Notes: a model not told the origin generated them from the sequence alone. Shown: positions 39,744 to 53,790, numbered from the stretch's first letter. The stretch is DNA of 64,000 nt from Octopus sinensis (GCF_006345805.1 NC_042999.1:117366001-117430000), one strand, 5' to 3'. Program-made: numbers and translations.

Positions 39744-41327
39744 AAAATGGACATGAGTTAAAATAATAAAATAAGAACATTAATAAACGAGTGAAGAAAA
39801 AATATATAGTGCGTGTGTTTAATTGGCGGAAAAAATTACCGTCCCGAAATACAAGTATAAGAAAATAATAATACTGATTTCTTTTGAGACGGTGAAAACG
39901 CATGGTTTAATGATTAAGGTGTCTGATTCATTATCATGAGGTTGTGAGTTTAATTTCTGGTTTGGACAGCACCTTGCGTCCTTGAACAAGGGACTTTATT
40001 TTTGTGCTGTTCCATGCTATTCAGAAACAATAAGCACTAGTCGGATGCTGGCGCAATTCTCACTCCTTCCATCTCTCACGTCTGGGATATTCTTCTCGGT
40101 CAAGAATAAGAGGGCCGAGAAGTTGTCTTTGATCGCAACTACATAAATACTTAAAACAATAAAAGAAAAAAATCATATTACCAAGCTATATATGTTCGTA
40201 AGTGACAGCTGATTGTGCTGCACTTTCGTTCATCAATTTCAAGACTAGGGTCAAAGCAAGCCAAGACGACTAGATGTAGATCAGGGATGTACTGAGATGA
40301 TCAGGGCGATCTACGTAACCCACTCCGAAATGCATGTGACTGAGTATAGAATACTCCCTCTGCTCTAAACAAGATACTAATTCATCGCAGGGATAAATCC
40401 CAGCATTTGGTGGTTTTTAATTTCATCTGACTTGATTGGAACTACGTGAACTGAAACGTTTAGATCAAGAATATAAGGTGCACTTGCTTTGGGAATCGAA
40501 ACCATGATCTTAACGATCGTGAGTTCAATATCCCTGCACCCTTAGAGACTCATCTTAGAAAGTGCATGAATGTACTACAAAGATTTAAAACGTCAACTGA
40601 CTCTCATTAAATACTACTTAACCTTTTCTTTCTTTCTATTTTGTCATTTTCTCTCCCTACTCTCTCTCTCTCTGTCGCATACTTTTATTACTGTGTGTCA
40701 TCCTGGTCTTTTTTTCATTTCTTTATCCTTTTATCTCTGCTACCTCGCCGGCATTTTTGACTACCGACCTGAAAATTTGCAATTCTTTATCATCTTCCTT
40801 TCTTTTGTCTTACTATTTTCTTGTTTGCTTTTCCAATTTTTTCTCTCCTCTCCATTTTTGTCCTTCAGCTCTTTCTTCTACACATTTTACTTTTTTCTGT
40901 TCACTTATCGTTTTATATGGAAACTAAATAATTCTAAACGCCATTCGTGCGACAAGCAGTATGTAATTACATGTCAGTATATTTAATTAATGGAAGATTA
41001 AAAACGAAAGTAGAATAAATTATGCGATGAAAAATAAACAATATTAGTCGATGAGTAATTATCTTTTCATTTCACTCCATCTCCGCCAATTACAAGAGAC
41101 AATCTCGCATATAATTCCAATTTAACGTGACATTTAGACATTAGTGAAGTATAAGCCTCACTGTAACATGCCCATTTGGTGGCGAATGAATAAAAGTAGT
41201 TGTTCACTGACTTCCGAATCAGAAGTTGCTTGAGTAGACCTAGGATCAAAAGTATTCCATCTGTGTCTATTTTGTTTTAGCCGTATCTAGAACTACTTAA
41301 TCCACCCTGTTCTTCTGTCTTAAAGAC

Positions 41328-41612
41328 TGTTTGTTTGTTTGTTCCTTCTCGATTCACGCCTGGCTCATAAGGGCCGGTTTCCCCGTTTCCTTGGCGTATA
41401 GGTTCCCTACCTGGACGGGACGCCGCAGGTGAGCTGCAAGATGTAGGAGGAAAGAATGAGAGAAAACTGTGGCGAAAGAATCAGCAGAAGTTCGCCATTA
41501 CCTTCTGTCGGACCTGTGTGGAGCTTAGGTGTTTCTCTCGGTCTGACATTCGAACACGCGATCCCTCGATCGCGAGTCCGCTGCTCTAACCACTAGGCCA
41601 TGTGCCTCCACA
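41328..41612 (-). mobile_element. tRNA-derived SINE (tRNA-Arg-like head, (AAAC)n tail)
   Basis: ggaggcacatggcctagtggttagagcagcggactcgcgatcgagggatcgcgtgttcgaat (A and B boxes); flanking aagactg duplication. Confidence 0.75.
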
Positions 41613-41939
41613 TTTAAGACTGGAGGGTGTTTATATTGATGTAAGACCTGGCTACTATTTTGAGCAGGTCAAGCATTAACGGAGAAGCATCTGTGTTGAT
41701 TCAATTGCAGAAGTTGAGAGACGCGTTAGCGCGTCAGAGAAAATAATTTGATATATTTATTTACACCTCTTTCTGTTTCGAGTTGAAGATCTGACTCTAT
41801 TAAGTTTGCATTTTCTCCTTGTGCATCAATGAAATAAGAACTAGTCAAGTATTGATGTTTATAGAAATAACAGTTACTAGAATCTGTGTCCTACAGCCTA
41901 TGTTAGAAACCATTATCAATTTCAGCACCCTAATATAAC

Positions 41940-42152
41940 TTTTCGACTTTCTACGAGAGACACGAGGCCTGAAATTTTATGGGGAGCGGGGCAATCCGAT
42001 TTCATCGAACCTAGTGTTTCACTGGTACTTAATTTATCAATCCCGAAAAGATGAAATGCAAAGCCGACCTTGGTGGGATTTGAACTCATAACGTAATGCT
42101 GCTAAACATTTTGTCCGGCGTGCTAACGATTCAGCCAGCTCACCGTCTTGAC
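41940..42152 (-). mobile_element. SINE family 2 with 17-bp TSD
   Basis: cagcac(c/t)ctaatataac at 41923-41939 and 42153-42169. Confidence 0.8.
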
Positions 42153-43702
42153 CAGCACTCTAATATAACGGCAGCGACGTAGCAAAAATTGGAACGAACC
42201 ATAAAAAATGCGCTAATGTATTTAATACAGAGTCCGCCCCCACCCAAAAAATGTATGCACACTTAAAAAATACGCAAAAAACCCCCGAAACGTAGAAATA
42301 TTTTAATACTAAATTTATTCAAACATCACAGGATTAATATAAGTTACCTTTAACCAACACAAAAGCGTTGCTAAAAGTGGTGCTCCGTGGGGGAAATTCA
42401 ACTGGGACTGGTTTTGTTTTTTTTTTGTCTCTGGGGTCGATCCCATCCCTGAGAAATCGAGTGGTAAAATAATAAAACAACAAGAATACTCTCATGTAAT
42501 GTTTACATTAGTTAGGCATGACTGCGTGACTTAGTAATCTGCTTTGCAATCCAAATCGTTCTATGGTCTTGTACCAGAAGCCTCAGACTGATCCATACTT
42601 TGTGAGTGGAATTTGATAAAAGGCATTGTGCGAGACTGTATGCACGTACGCGCGCATGTGTGTAATTAATGGTGCAAAAATCAAAAAGAAAAAGAATAGT
42701 CCCTGAAAAGCTGGTGCCCTTCGAGAGAAGTACTTTCCATTAGGAACACTCTCTTAATACTTTCGCCGTTAGAAATGCAATGATCCAGAGATTGGCCCCC
42801 ACGGAAGCCAACTAAATACTGTTTTTCTAAAATGAATATGAAGATGTTTTTTCTGGGGCTAAAAAGGATAATACATATGAATAATAAATAAATAAATAAG
42901 TTAGATATTGTAAGTCATTATGCGTATATACAACTCTAAGAAACCATATGTTCAGTGTATTGTAAAAAATAATTTGAGTAAAAGTAAAAAAAAAAAAGAT
43001 AATGTCTGCATTTAATGAAAAAAAGAAAGATAATGTTAATGTTTATGTCAGGGAATTATTTTGAGAATATTGCGTCTGAAATGTATAATCCACCTATCCA
43101 TCCATCTATCCATTCATCCATCCACCCATCCATCCATCCACCTACACGATCAAGAGTCTTCACTAATAATTATTACTGTTTAAAAAACAAAAGAAGTGTC
43201 TGGTGTCAGATTGTTGATATAACGTCATAAATCTGAATTCAGAAATAGGCTATTAATCATTACATCATAGAAATAGTCTATTATAAATGTATTGTTTATA
43301 CCTGTTTCAACCACAGAAACGATTAAATATGGTGTTTCAGCCATCAGTACCCAGTCACTTTTCAGATCTGCAGCTAGGATAAATGATCCAGTTTGTACTT
43401 CTTTTAAGATTAGATTTAGTTTTGGAAATATGAATATAATTTGTAATAGGTCCAGCTATCAAGTAGAGGGCCTTCTCTTATTCACGTTTCTTGTTTTTGT
43501 GTTTTATAGTGCACGTGTGTGTGTGAATGTGTGTGTGATGAAGGAAGGGATACATTATTCAGGTCCTGAATATTACACAGTGGTTTGCAGGAACTGAATA
43601 ATGTACTCCTTCACCTGTATCTGTTTATGCCTTGATTGTTATACTACACCCCATGACTATGTCCTTAACTGCTAAACGACTCCCACTTATGTTTCAACAT
43701 CA

Positions 43703-44210
43703 TTTTTATTAAATTAAGAGAAAATGTTTCTCGAATGATAGAAATAATTGAACAATTTCAAAAACAATTCTCATATTTTCTATTGTAATTCTGAATACAT
43801 TATTTGTGAAAAGTAGAGTTAGTGTATTACAAATAACATGGATTTGTTATTCAGAAAGATGATAAAGTACTATAAAAATGATGAAATTTCAAAATCATTA
43901 TAAACGTTTCATATAATTTGTCTAGTGTCAGAAGAAAAAAATTAGGCCAGCTAACGTTAGCTAATTTATTAGAAATAAAAGAAAAATGAATTTTAATTAA
44001 ATTAAGAGAAAATACTTTTCGAATGATAGAAATAATGGAAATTTTCTCTTACAGTTTAAAAAAAAAATCATAAATTTTCATATACATTTTCAATTGCAAT
44101 TCCGAATACATAATTTGTGAAAATTAAATTTAATATATTACGAATAATATGGATTTGTTCTTCAGTAAGATGATAAAGTTCTATAAAACTAATAAAATTT
44201 CAAACTCATT
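43703..44210 (+). repeat. Diverged direct duplication (~200 bp; 43703-43899 and 43990-44210)
   Basis: attaaattaagagaaaat...gaatgatagaaataat...atggatttgtt...aagatgataaagt in both. Confidence 0.8.
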
Positions 44211-46062
44211 CTTTTTTCATGATTACCCTGATTCAGGACATTCCAATTTAGGACAGAAAATGGAAGTCTCCACAAAGAATGAAACTACAAGAAGAGACAG
44301 AGTTAAAACAATATTTCTGAATATGATTGCATTACTGATTGGTTGAAAAGAAAAAAAAAAGGAGGGGAAAGGAATAACAGAGAAATAGTATTATGTTATT
44401 AGAATTGGAAAAATTATTTTGCACTAAATGAACTCCAACAAAAGAGAAGTTTCTATCTGAATGATTATGGTATTATATTTAATAAGAACTAATATTACCA
44501 CCCATTCGCCTCGTACATCCGTCACACACCGGCTGATTTATCTGCTTTCAAAGTAGGATAATTTCTAGTCATATAGCTGAAAACTTCATCAGAAATGTCA
44601 TTATTAAATCAAGATTTAATAATAATCCAAAATATATAATTAAGATCTAGAATAATGAAAAATATGAAAAAAATCTTATTTCTTTGTTACATATTCTACA
44701 ATACTAAAGAGATGTCTAATTTCGTATTCAGTTCATCTAGTTTAAATTGTTCTCAATCTTTGGTGCTTCAATCCGTTTGCCTAGGCCTGTGTTCAGGCCT
44801 GTCATCAGACTTTCATACCTGGGGGTGCATCAGAGTGGGCACTAATTTGCATTGCGTGAAGATTTTTGTATTTTCTAAATATGAGGGTGCTCTATTAAAT
44901 AGTGAGCGAGCAGTACCACCCAGTGCATCGCCCTGGCGACGGCTATGTTAGTCAGTCTACACAAAATGTATTGCAGGAAACGTTTTGTAAACTGTATTTT
45001 TTTAAATCTGAGGGTGTAGTGCCGTCCAGTGTTCTTCCCCTTAGCTACAAGCATGCCTATGTTCCTATCAATGGAGCGATATGCACAGTCTCATTGAATA
45101 ATCTTGCATTTCCTCATCAACAGAATGCTTCTTTCATGATCTTCAGCATATCTCGCAATTTCCGTTGAGTCCTTTGCTGCCAAGTTATATCCAATCTTAG
45201 GAAAGGCCAGTACTTACTTTGAATGTCGGGTCTGATCAGGCGAACTTATAATAAAAAGTGCTCAGTCGTGGCCATCGTATTTACTTATATGCCTAATATA
45301 TCTTTCTTTTAAGATTGTTGAAATTTAAGATTCTTTAGACCCTTAAAGCCTGTTATTTGTAGGGGATTTGGTTTGTATTAATAGCAGGTCAAATAACCAT
45401 TGAAAAAGTCGGACACCGTGAAACAGTTTCCTTAGTTATTGCAGTTTAGCTGCGGCTAGGTCTGATCGAGTAGACCTATGAAAAGAGGTATTCAAACTCC
45501 GAAAATTCAGTCTTTTGTTTATCAGAGACAGGAAATTTTGCAACTATTTCTTACACTCCGATCGAAACTCTAGTTCCCTGTTATAACTGAAGATTGCACA
45601 TGCGCACACATAGACGCGCACACATTGCTAAACGAAGAGAGAGAGGGAGAGAGAGGGGAGGGAGAAAGAGATGGAGAAAGAGACGGCGAGAGAGAGAGAG
45701 AGACGAAAACAATTAAAAAGAAAGGGAGAGACAAAGACAAGAAGAAAAAATACAGAGAGAGAGAGAGAACGAGAGAGAGAGAGAGAGACAGGGGGGGGGA
45801 GAAAAAGAGACCGAAGAAGAGTGCTGAAGTCAGCATTTAATCAGTGGAAAGTATGAGACAGAAATCCGGATGAGTGGGAAAACTGAAAATATTTTAAATC
45901 TTGGTTTATTATAAGCATCGTGCGTGACTCTGTGTGAGTGTGTGTTGTGTGTGTAAGCGCACGTGTATATGTGTATGCGTGTGTATAAATGGTTGCATAA
46001 ATACATGGATGTATGTGTACGTGTGTGTGTGTATGTATGTGTATGCGTGTGTGAAGTTAATT

Positions 46063-46700
46063 GTGACGTCTCATGAGTGCTACTGGTAACATGGAATCCA
46101 TTACAACCTGTTGCTTAGTCGGGTCGTTGACGACTAAACCGGCAACCCCACTAAGCTTGCCTGGTGAGGAAGGTTGCTAGAAGACCTATTGAAAGTTCAA
46201 TGACTATCTTGCAATAGCACGGACCTTCAGAAATTCGGGGCTGGTGTTCGGCTTACTGGAAGACCATTGCGAGAGAGGCACCCCTCAGCTATTATTAAAG
46301 CATGTCTCTAAAAGTCATTGATATAAACCCAGATATGTAGGGAATAGCATTGAATATTTTGGAGATCTTTTGCATATGTTTAAGACCATGGTGCTCCCAC
46401 ATTCCTGAGCCTGCGGACGATATTGACAGTGAATATCGTCTCCTAGCATGTCTCAAGATCATTTTAGTAAGGGGGTAGGTTTTGTGATGGGCCGTGCAAG
46501 CTTTATTGGAACTAAAATTTTAGGTTGTGCAATCGCCGGCGAGGCGACTATCGGGTGGGCGTCGCGGAGATCATAGAAGCTGCAGACACGAGCGAACCCG
46601 GATGAAGTCGACTTCTAGTACAATAACAGCATGCACTGGAATTGCCGGTATTTTGCATTGTAATGGTCAGCGATGGTCTTTCTCGGTCATGAGTGAATAG
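46063..46700 (+). mobile_element. Interspersed repeat, probably 5' region of an RTE-like LINE (copy 2)
   Basis: First ~250 bp homologous to 18700-18985; locally GC-rich. Confidence 0.5.
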
Positions 46701-46778
46701 CCATCATACACACACACACATGCGCGCGCGCGTACACATACACACACACATATAAGCAATAATACAAATTGGTTGAGG

Positions 46779-46861
46779 TTCACTACAGCTGTTTCACACG
46801 TATTCTTCATTGATGAACAAAATAATTACATCAGGTACAATAACCATTTTCTTCAGGTGAA
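46779..46861 (-). ncRNA. Type-I hammerhead motif with long stem-II insertion
   Basis: UUCAC-CUGAAGA-(~54 nt)-GAAAC-AGCU-GUA-GUGAA; stem I 5 bp; palindromic loop III. Confidence 0.6.
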
Positions 46862-47894
46862 ACCATCTATGTTATTGTTTATATTTCACCATACTCGGAA
46901 CCTTCCCTGCGTTGGATGATGAGTCTATAGTCGACCGTGGAATGCGTGCCAGAGTGTATCCCTGTGTGGTGTGTGTTGTGCATTTGGTCAATGCTTGTGA
47001 ATGTATACATAACTGGAAGGACAACTCCGTATTTACCTTAGAAAATACGTGTGTGTCCATACAGATTATTAGTGCAGAGGTGCGTCATCCTCGACCTCAC
47101 CTTGGTGCCTTTGTTATTTAAATACCTTGATTCTATCCGATCCTGAAAATCTTATAAAATTTTAATACAAACATACATACATACATATATATATACATAC
47201 ACACATATATATAGACATAGATACATACATACATACATACATATATATATTATATATATACATACATATATATATATACATACACACATATATATACATG
47301 CACACATATATATACATACATACATATACATACATACATACATATATATATATTATATATATATATATATGCACACAAAATAATGTATAATCATGTATAA
47401 TCAAATACACGTTTCCTCGCAAATTTTATCCATATAATTTTGATTTTTTTCTTTTTAACACGCGTTCAAAGCACTCTTAGTGTCGACTCTCGTCTATTTA
47501 CAATCGGTAAACATTGACATACATGACAGAAGCAAATTAATTATTAAACAAAATAAAAACAATCCATTATTTGATAATACAGTAATCTTATGTAGCTTTT
47601 CACAAAAATTCTAAATTAATCATGGAATCCATATAAATACAGCAAAATACAAAAATAAGAAAAATTCAAACTCAGATTAACATTACAGATAGCGCTCTAC
47701 CATTTCCAAATTAAGACCTCTTGTTAGATACTGCAAAAATAACATTGAAGTTTACGGGGAAATATCTAAAATTTGGCAATAATAAAGTTAACGCATTTTC
47801 CTTCATGATTTGTTATGATACCAATTGATAACAACAGAAGCTGTATTGTATATGGCTATTTCATTTAGACAAGATATTAAATGGCTAAACAATG

Positions 47895-48070
47895 ATTTCA
47901 AATTTTGTCATAAGGCCAGCAGTTTTAGGGGCAGCGACCCCATCGAGCCCGGAAGGATAAAAGGTAAAGTTGACATCAAGGGAATTTGAACACAGAACGT
48001 AAAGAGCCGTAAAAAATACCGTTAAGTATTTTGTCCATCTCACTAACATTTTTGTCTGATCACTGCCTTA
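47895..48070 (-). mobile_element. SINE family 2 (degenerate) with TSD
   Basis: ggaatttgaacacagaacgtaaaga; aa(t/c)ggctaaaca flanks. Confidence 0.65.
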
Positions 48071-48260
48071 AAACGGCTAAACATTTAGAAAATAATAAAA
48101 CTTGATCACACGTGATGCCGAAAACCTGAAAAAAGTTGATATCTATCTATTTTATTATTACCTTGTAATCCCGGGAATATTCACAGGTCTGTGTACCACT
48201 AACGCAACCCTCAGGCTGAAGTAGATATGACACACGGGTCAGTAAGTATATATATATATG

Positions 48261-48640
48261 CTAGCAAATGCACCCGTCCTTTGGACGTGTAATTATTATA
48301 ATGGTGCACTCCTGTGGACGGTTTAAGTTGAATTAGCTCGCAGTTAGAAGTCGTTTCAAGTTGATAGGCGTAAAATGTATAATTACCATTTTCGTTAGCA
48401 GCTTATGACATGATATTAAAGTGGTTATTTTGGTTCTGAGAGTATTCTGTACTAAGGTTGGGGTAGTGTTTATTATTATTATTATTTCTACTAACACCGC
48501 CGTCGGTTCTATTTTTGTTTCGATTTGAGTAGAAAGTATCTAATTTTTGCACTATTTAAGATTGTAGGGCTTATGGAAGAGTAATAATTTTGAATGTCAA
48601 TTTGCAAAAATTTATGATTATCCCTTTATTTTATATTAGA
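48261..48640 (-). mobile_element. Possible non-autonomous Helitron
   Basis: Minus strand starts TCTAATATAAAA and ends with hairpin cacgtccaaaggacggg + CTAG; A/T target dinucleotide not preserved. Confidence 0.4.
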
Positions 48641-48883
48641 GAACCATTCTATTGCACTTTAGGTGTTTGTCCATAACTCCAGTTTAATTTTCTTCTTAAG
48701 GGTTGGTGTATATTTATCCAAGATTGCTTTGCTAAGCTTACCTAAATCCGACTTATTGGGGCTAATTAATCTGACCTGTGTGTTATGTAAGTAATTATCT
48801 TTATGTCATGCTTTGTATTAAAAAATAAGATGTAAACGTGTTCCAATCGATGTGCTGGTTAATCTGTGGTTTTCTCCATTTTC

Positions 48884-48959
<76 letters not shown>

Positions 48960-48964
<5 letters not shown>

Positions 48965-49125
48965 GACGGGTTTCTTTCAGTTTCCATCTACCAAATCCAC
49001 TCACAAGGCTTTGGTCAGCCCGAGCTATAATAAATACACACTGCTGAGGTGCCACGCAGCGGGACTGAACCCGGAACCATGTGGTTGGTAAGCAAGCTAC
49101 TAACCACACAGCCGCTCCTGCACCC
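48960..49125 (-). mobile_element. SINE family 1, 5' half
   Basis: Matches 61345-61507. Confidence 0.8.
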
Positions 49126-49737
49126 ATGGAAACTTTATTTTCATCTTCGACGTATTTAACTGCTTTTAACGACGAGACAAATATACGCCGGCTATTTTCC
49201 GATAAGACAACGGTACCGCATTTCTATTTTTAAACTGGTAAATGTACTTTTATTGTTGCTTCGGTATATTTACTTTGTTAGGAGACATTAAATATTGGAG
49301 TGATAGCTTTATTGCTTTTTGGAAGAAAAAATATATATCAATTGTTTCAAACATTTTTGCTGAGCATTCAAGAACTGCTCACTGACAATACATCATAATA
49401 TCAAATTGTTCATTTCGAATATAGATTAGCTATGCGTAAGCCGATTGCTTTAGATATATAAAGAGTATAAATAAGTCTGTGTGATACTGATACCTTCGTG
49501 ATAGGAATTAACGAAACAATGTATAGTGATATCTTACATATAAGAACTAAAATTAGGTGTTGAAGCTTGCATATATAATAATAAAATGAAATAGAAGACT
49601 GAAAAGAAATCACTGATAATCTGCCTTGGCAAATGGGTAATATAGAATGTTCGCAGCATGAAATAAGATAATCGTAAAGAGTTACTTTAGTTCTTGATGT
49701 AGACAGCCAATAAAATTTAATTGAAATTAATAATGAG

Positions 49738-49822
<85 letters not shown>

Positions 49823-49881
49823 TACATGTAAGTATATACCAGCCAGTATACATCCATCCATCCATACATACATACATACAT

Positions 49882-49929
<48 letters not shown>

Positions 49930-50049
49930 ACATGTATAAATATATATATATACATACAATATATATATACATGTATATATTTATTTATATATATAGAGAT
50001 ACATATATCTTTTCATACATTTTTAATTTTTAATCTTCGAATTTTTAAT

Positions 50050-50166
<117 letters not shown>

Positions 50167-50194
50167 CACATATATATGTATGTACATACTTTAT

Positions 50195-50540
50195 GGGCGC
50201 AGCCGTGGCAGTATGGTAAGAAGCTTGCTTCCCAACCACTAAGTTCCGGGTTCAGTTCCACTGCGTGGCACCTTGAGCAAATGTCTTCTACTATAGTCTC
50301 GGGCGTACTAAGGCCTTGTGCGTGGATTTGTTAGACGAGTGATCCAGTTGATCAATGGAAGAGCCTGCTCGTGAAATTAACGTACAAGTGACTGAGCATC
50401 CCCTTAACGTAGTTCTCAGGGCAATTCAACTTGACACAGAATGTGATAAGGCTGGCCCTTTGAATAATAGGTACTAGTCATTTTTGCCAACTGAATGGAC
50501 TGGAGGAACGTGAAATAAAGTGTGTTGCTCAAGGACACAC
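50195..50540. mobile_element. SINE family 1 5' half (+, 50195-50335) joined to SINE family 3 (-, 50340-50540)
   Basis: Alignment to 50863-51000 and to 10870-11130. Confidence 0.7.
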
Positions 50541-50862
50541 ACACTAACACACACACACACATAGACACATTTATATGTATGTGGGTGTATACATAAACAC
50601 ATTCACACAATGTTATGCATTATTACGTACTGTATGTAGTAATAGACATATTGGAGAGATGAACCATATTACTATGTCCAGGCATTTGTCTGCATTTAAC
50701 AATAATTTCATTCCTCCCACTTTTATCCTTATAATTAAAATGTTTGACTTTGCTTTTTTAATACAAGTGCAAACCGCCGGCGCCCAAGCATCGGCAACAA
50801 GGAGACAATGCAGTCCTACCTTACACAATCTATAACATCATAAACAGAAAAATATAAACATA

Positions 50863-51241
50863 GGTGTAGGAGTGGCTGTGTGGTAAGTAGCTTGCTTACC
50901 AATCACATGGTTCCGGATTCAGTCCCACTGCGTGGCACCTTGGGCAAGTGTCTTCTAATATAGCCTCGGACCGACCAAAGTCTTGTGAGTGGATTTGGTA
51001 GACGGAAACTGAAAGAAGCCCGCCATATATATGTATGTGTGTGTATATGTTTGTGTCGGTTTGTCCCACCAATATCGCTTGAGAACCGATGCTGATGTGT
51101 TTACGTCCCCGTAACCTAGCGGTTCGGCAAAAGATACCGATAGAATAAGTAATAGGCTTATAAAGAATAAGTCCTCGGATCGATTTGCTCGACTAAAGGC
51201 GGTGCTCCAGCATGACTACAGTCAAATGACTGAAACAAGTA
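50863..51241 (+). mobile_element. SINE family 1, full length
   Basis: tRNA-like head gtggctgtgtggtaag...ggattcagtccc, CCTTGGGCAAGTG core, CR1-like 3' tail. Confidence 0.85.
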
Positions 51242-51269
51242 CATACATACATACAAACATACATATATA

Positions 51270-51940
51270 CATGATTCATACATACATGCCCAAAGAAGTC
51301 ACACGGCACTACTGCAACGTATCATCAGATGAAAGGATGAGCGTATATGAGAAGACCATGCATGGATATGTTAGTAGTAAGTTTAGAGATGATAGCAACT
51401 ATGATCATCAAAGCGGTTAATCATGGACCAATAACCGGATTACTACTTCCCACTTTGAAGAGTATGCGTTTGGAATCCAGGTACAAGAAATATCAACCAA
51501 ATCCCTGATGCACAAAAGGTACAGAGATGCAGACTTTCTGGTGTTTACACTCACATCATAAGCATCACGTATTATCTACCAATGAAGCATGATGTCGTAG
51601 CTAGGACACTGTTAACGAGACCCGTCGAAAAGATAACACTGAGGATAAAGAAATAAGAACCCACAGTATGGTAGAAGTCATAGCCACTCATAATAGAAAG
51701 GAGTACTGGTGGAATGTCCCAGTGAAATGTAAATACAACAGACCTGATATAAGGATTTGGAAGAGAGTTTTACCTGTAATTATAGGGACGCTGGAATATG
51801 TAACAAACTTCCTAAATACCAATCTTGAGAAATTAGTCTTCTCAAAACCAGAAAGGAGAAAGCTGATTCGAAGACTACAAATCTAATCCACTACTGGAAA
51901 TGCAAAAATTAGTAAAACGTCCCAGAATTTTATCATTTAA
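51270..51940 (+). mobile_element. Decayed RLE non-LTR element 3' fragment
   Basis: HGYV, SHFEEYAFGIQVQEI.TK, YLPMKHDVVA, EYWWN, NRPDI, PVIIGTL. Confidence 0.65.
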
Positions 51941-52179
51941 GTATATATGAGCATGTCTAGATATGCAACTATATGCATGAGAAAACACATAAATATGAAT
52001 CTGCAGGTATACTTACATACATATAAAATTACTGTGTTGTTGATGTTGAAATTCCAATGAGGGAGTCTCGGATCTAGGTAAGGAACCGGCTCTTTCTCTA
52101 CTGACAAGAAATCTTGAAATAAAACTAAATAATTACATACATACATGTATGTTTGCATTTATATATATATAAATACAAT

Positions 52180-52930
52180 TATGCATCTTTCCAAGTGCAT
52201 ATTGCCAATTTGGTAATAAAATGCAGACAGCTAGCTGGATGGGTCCTCCGAACTTTCAGAACAAGAGAGAAGGAGACACTGATGGTCCTTTGGAAGACAT
52301 TCGTCCTCAGCCGCTCGGACTACTGCTCCCAACTATGGTCACCACACAATATAAAGTTAACAGCAGAACTCGAAGCAATCCAACGAATCTACACTAAGAA
52401 GATCGTTTCAATGCAACATATCAGCTACTGGGAAAGACTGAAAGTATTAAAACTCTTCTCCCTGGAGCGAGGGTGGAAGAGATATGCAGTGATATACATC
52501 TGGAAAATCCTGGAGGGTCTTGTCTCGAATTTTGGCATTGAAAGTTACCCCAACAGCAGAACGGGGCGCCACTGCAGGATGCCAAAGATCCCAACATCAC
52601 CATCAAAATACAGGACCAGATACTGCAACAGCTTGGGTTTCAGAGGACCACAGCTCTTCAATATCCTTCCTAAATACCTGAGAGACCTGCATGGTGCGGA
52701 TATGGGTTTCTTTAAAACTAAACTGGATCTCTTCTTGTCAGGGGTTCCAAATGAACCTACCCCTCAACAGGAATCACAAATGCGGGAAGCGGCGTCGAAC
52801 TCCCTTGTTGACCAAGTGCCACGTATCAGAGGTGGTTTCACATACTAGTGTAGCTCATTCAACGGTTGTGCCCCAGCATGGCCGCAGCTTTCGGGCTGAA
52901 GCATTTTAAAGATTTTAAGGATTTAAGGAT
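52180..52930 (+). mobile_element. CR1-group LINE 3' fragment (related to 34745-37193)
   Basis: AGWVLRTFRTR, DYCSQLWSP, LEAIQR, YWERLK, GPQLFNILP, FKTKLD; same 3' stem-loop; short repeat tail (gattttaa-like). Confidence 0.9.
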
Positions 52931-53358
52931 ATATATATGTAAATAGAAAATAATTAACAAAATTATATGAGTATGGCAAAATCTTATAAGAAATTATTAC
53001 TACAGATAGCCTTCTCTATTTCCAACAGAAAGATAATTTTCTAGTTACTGAAATAAACCTGAGATTGAACGCCGCGATTTTAAAAATCAGTTATGATAAT
53101 AGTAATAGATTTCAGCCCACGATAAAAGAAAAAAAAAACATGGGCTATAAATTGCTACTTTATTCTTACGATAAGACGTAAATCATTTTCAAGCGTGTAA
53201 ATTGTAACAAAGTAAATTTTCCTAAACAAAATATATGTATAAAAAGGAAAAACATAAAAAAAGTTTAATAAAAAAGATAAAACTACATAATAGTTGTGGT
53301 TACGTTAATAGAAATCTGAGTTGTTTTCCATATACTAAATTATAAGTATATACACACG

Positions 53359-53423
<65 letters not shown>

Positions 53424-53459
53424 TGTATGTATGTATATATATATAGATAGATATATATA

Positions 53460-53790
53460 TATGGTTCGAAATTGTACAAAAAAAAAAACAACAGAAACAA
53501 AAGACAGAGACAGCTGAGGGAACAACAAACAAGGTGTATTAGCTTGATGCTCAGGAAAAATGGAGGGTCTTTGACGTTTCGAGTTTACGCTCTTCTAGAG
53601 GAGGGAATGTGGTGAGAAAACGGATAGGGAGAAAAAATGGAGAGAGAGAAAATCGTGTCTGGGTTAACGGTTGCACGTGTTGAATTGACCGGGAGGAAGG
53701 AAGTGGTTGGAGACAAGGCTGGGGAGGAATCAACAGTAACTTGACTAAAGAGTGTGTGCGCAAGCATATGTGTGTATGTGAAGATATGTG
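53460..53790 (-). mobile_element. (TA)n-associated element with degenerate hammerhead motif (~53569-53602)
   Basis: GAA-GAGCGUAAACUC-GAAAC-GUC followed by ttcctgagcatcaa..taatacac..tgttgttc as in the 16.1-kb and 55.3-kb copies. Confidence 0.55.

Larger units (their letters stand above)
38821..39854. mobile_element. Diverged inverted repeat pair (38821-39137 / 39550-39854), each arm with a hammerhead; probable PLE pLTR relic
   Basis: Arms align in reverse complement (ttgtatttcgggac / gtcccgaaatacaa; tttagcagcagtgc / gcactgctgctaaa). Confidence 0.75.

Noticed and set aside
44770-44812. Minus-strand CUGAUGA followed by hairpin caggcctg-aaca-caggcct
   Set aside because: No GAAA after the stem and no stem I; not a supportable hammerhead
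47455-47500. Minus-strand UAGACGA...GAAC-GCGU-GUU hammerhead-like trace
   Set aside because: Both core boxes mutated and stems weak
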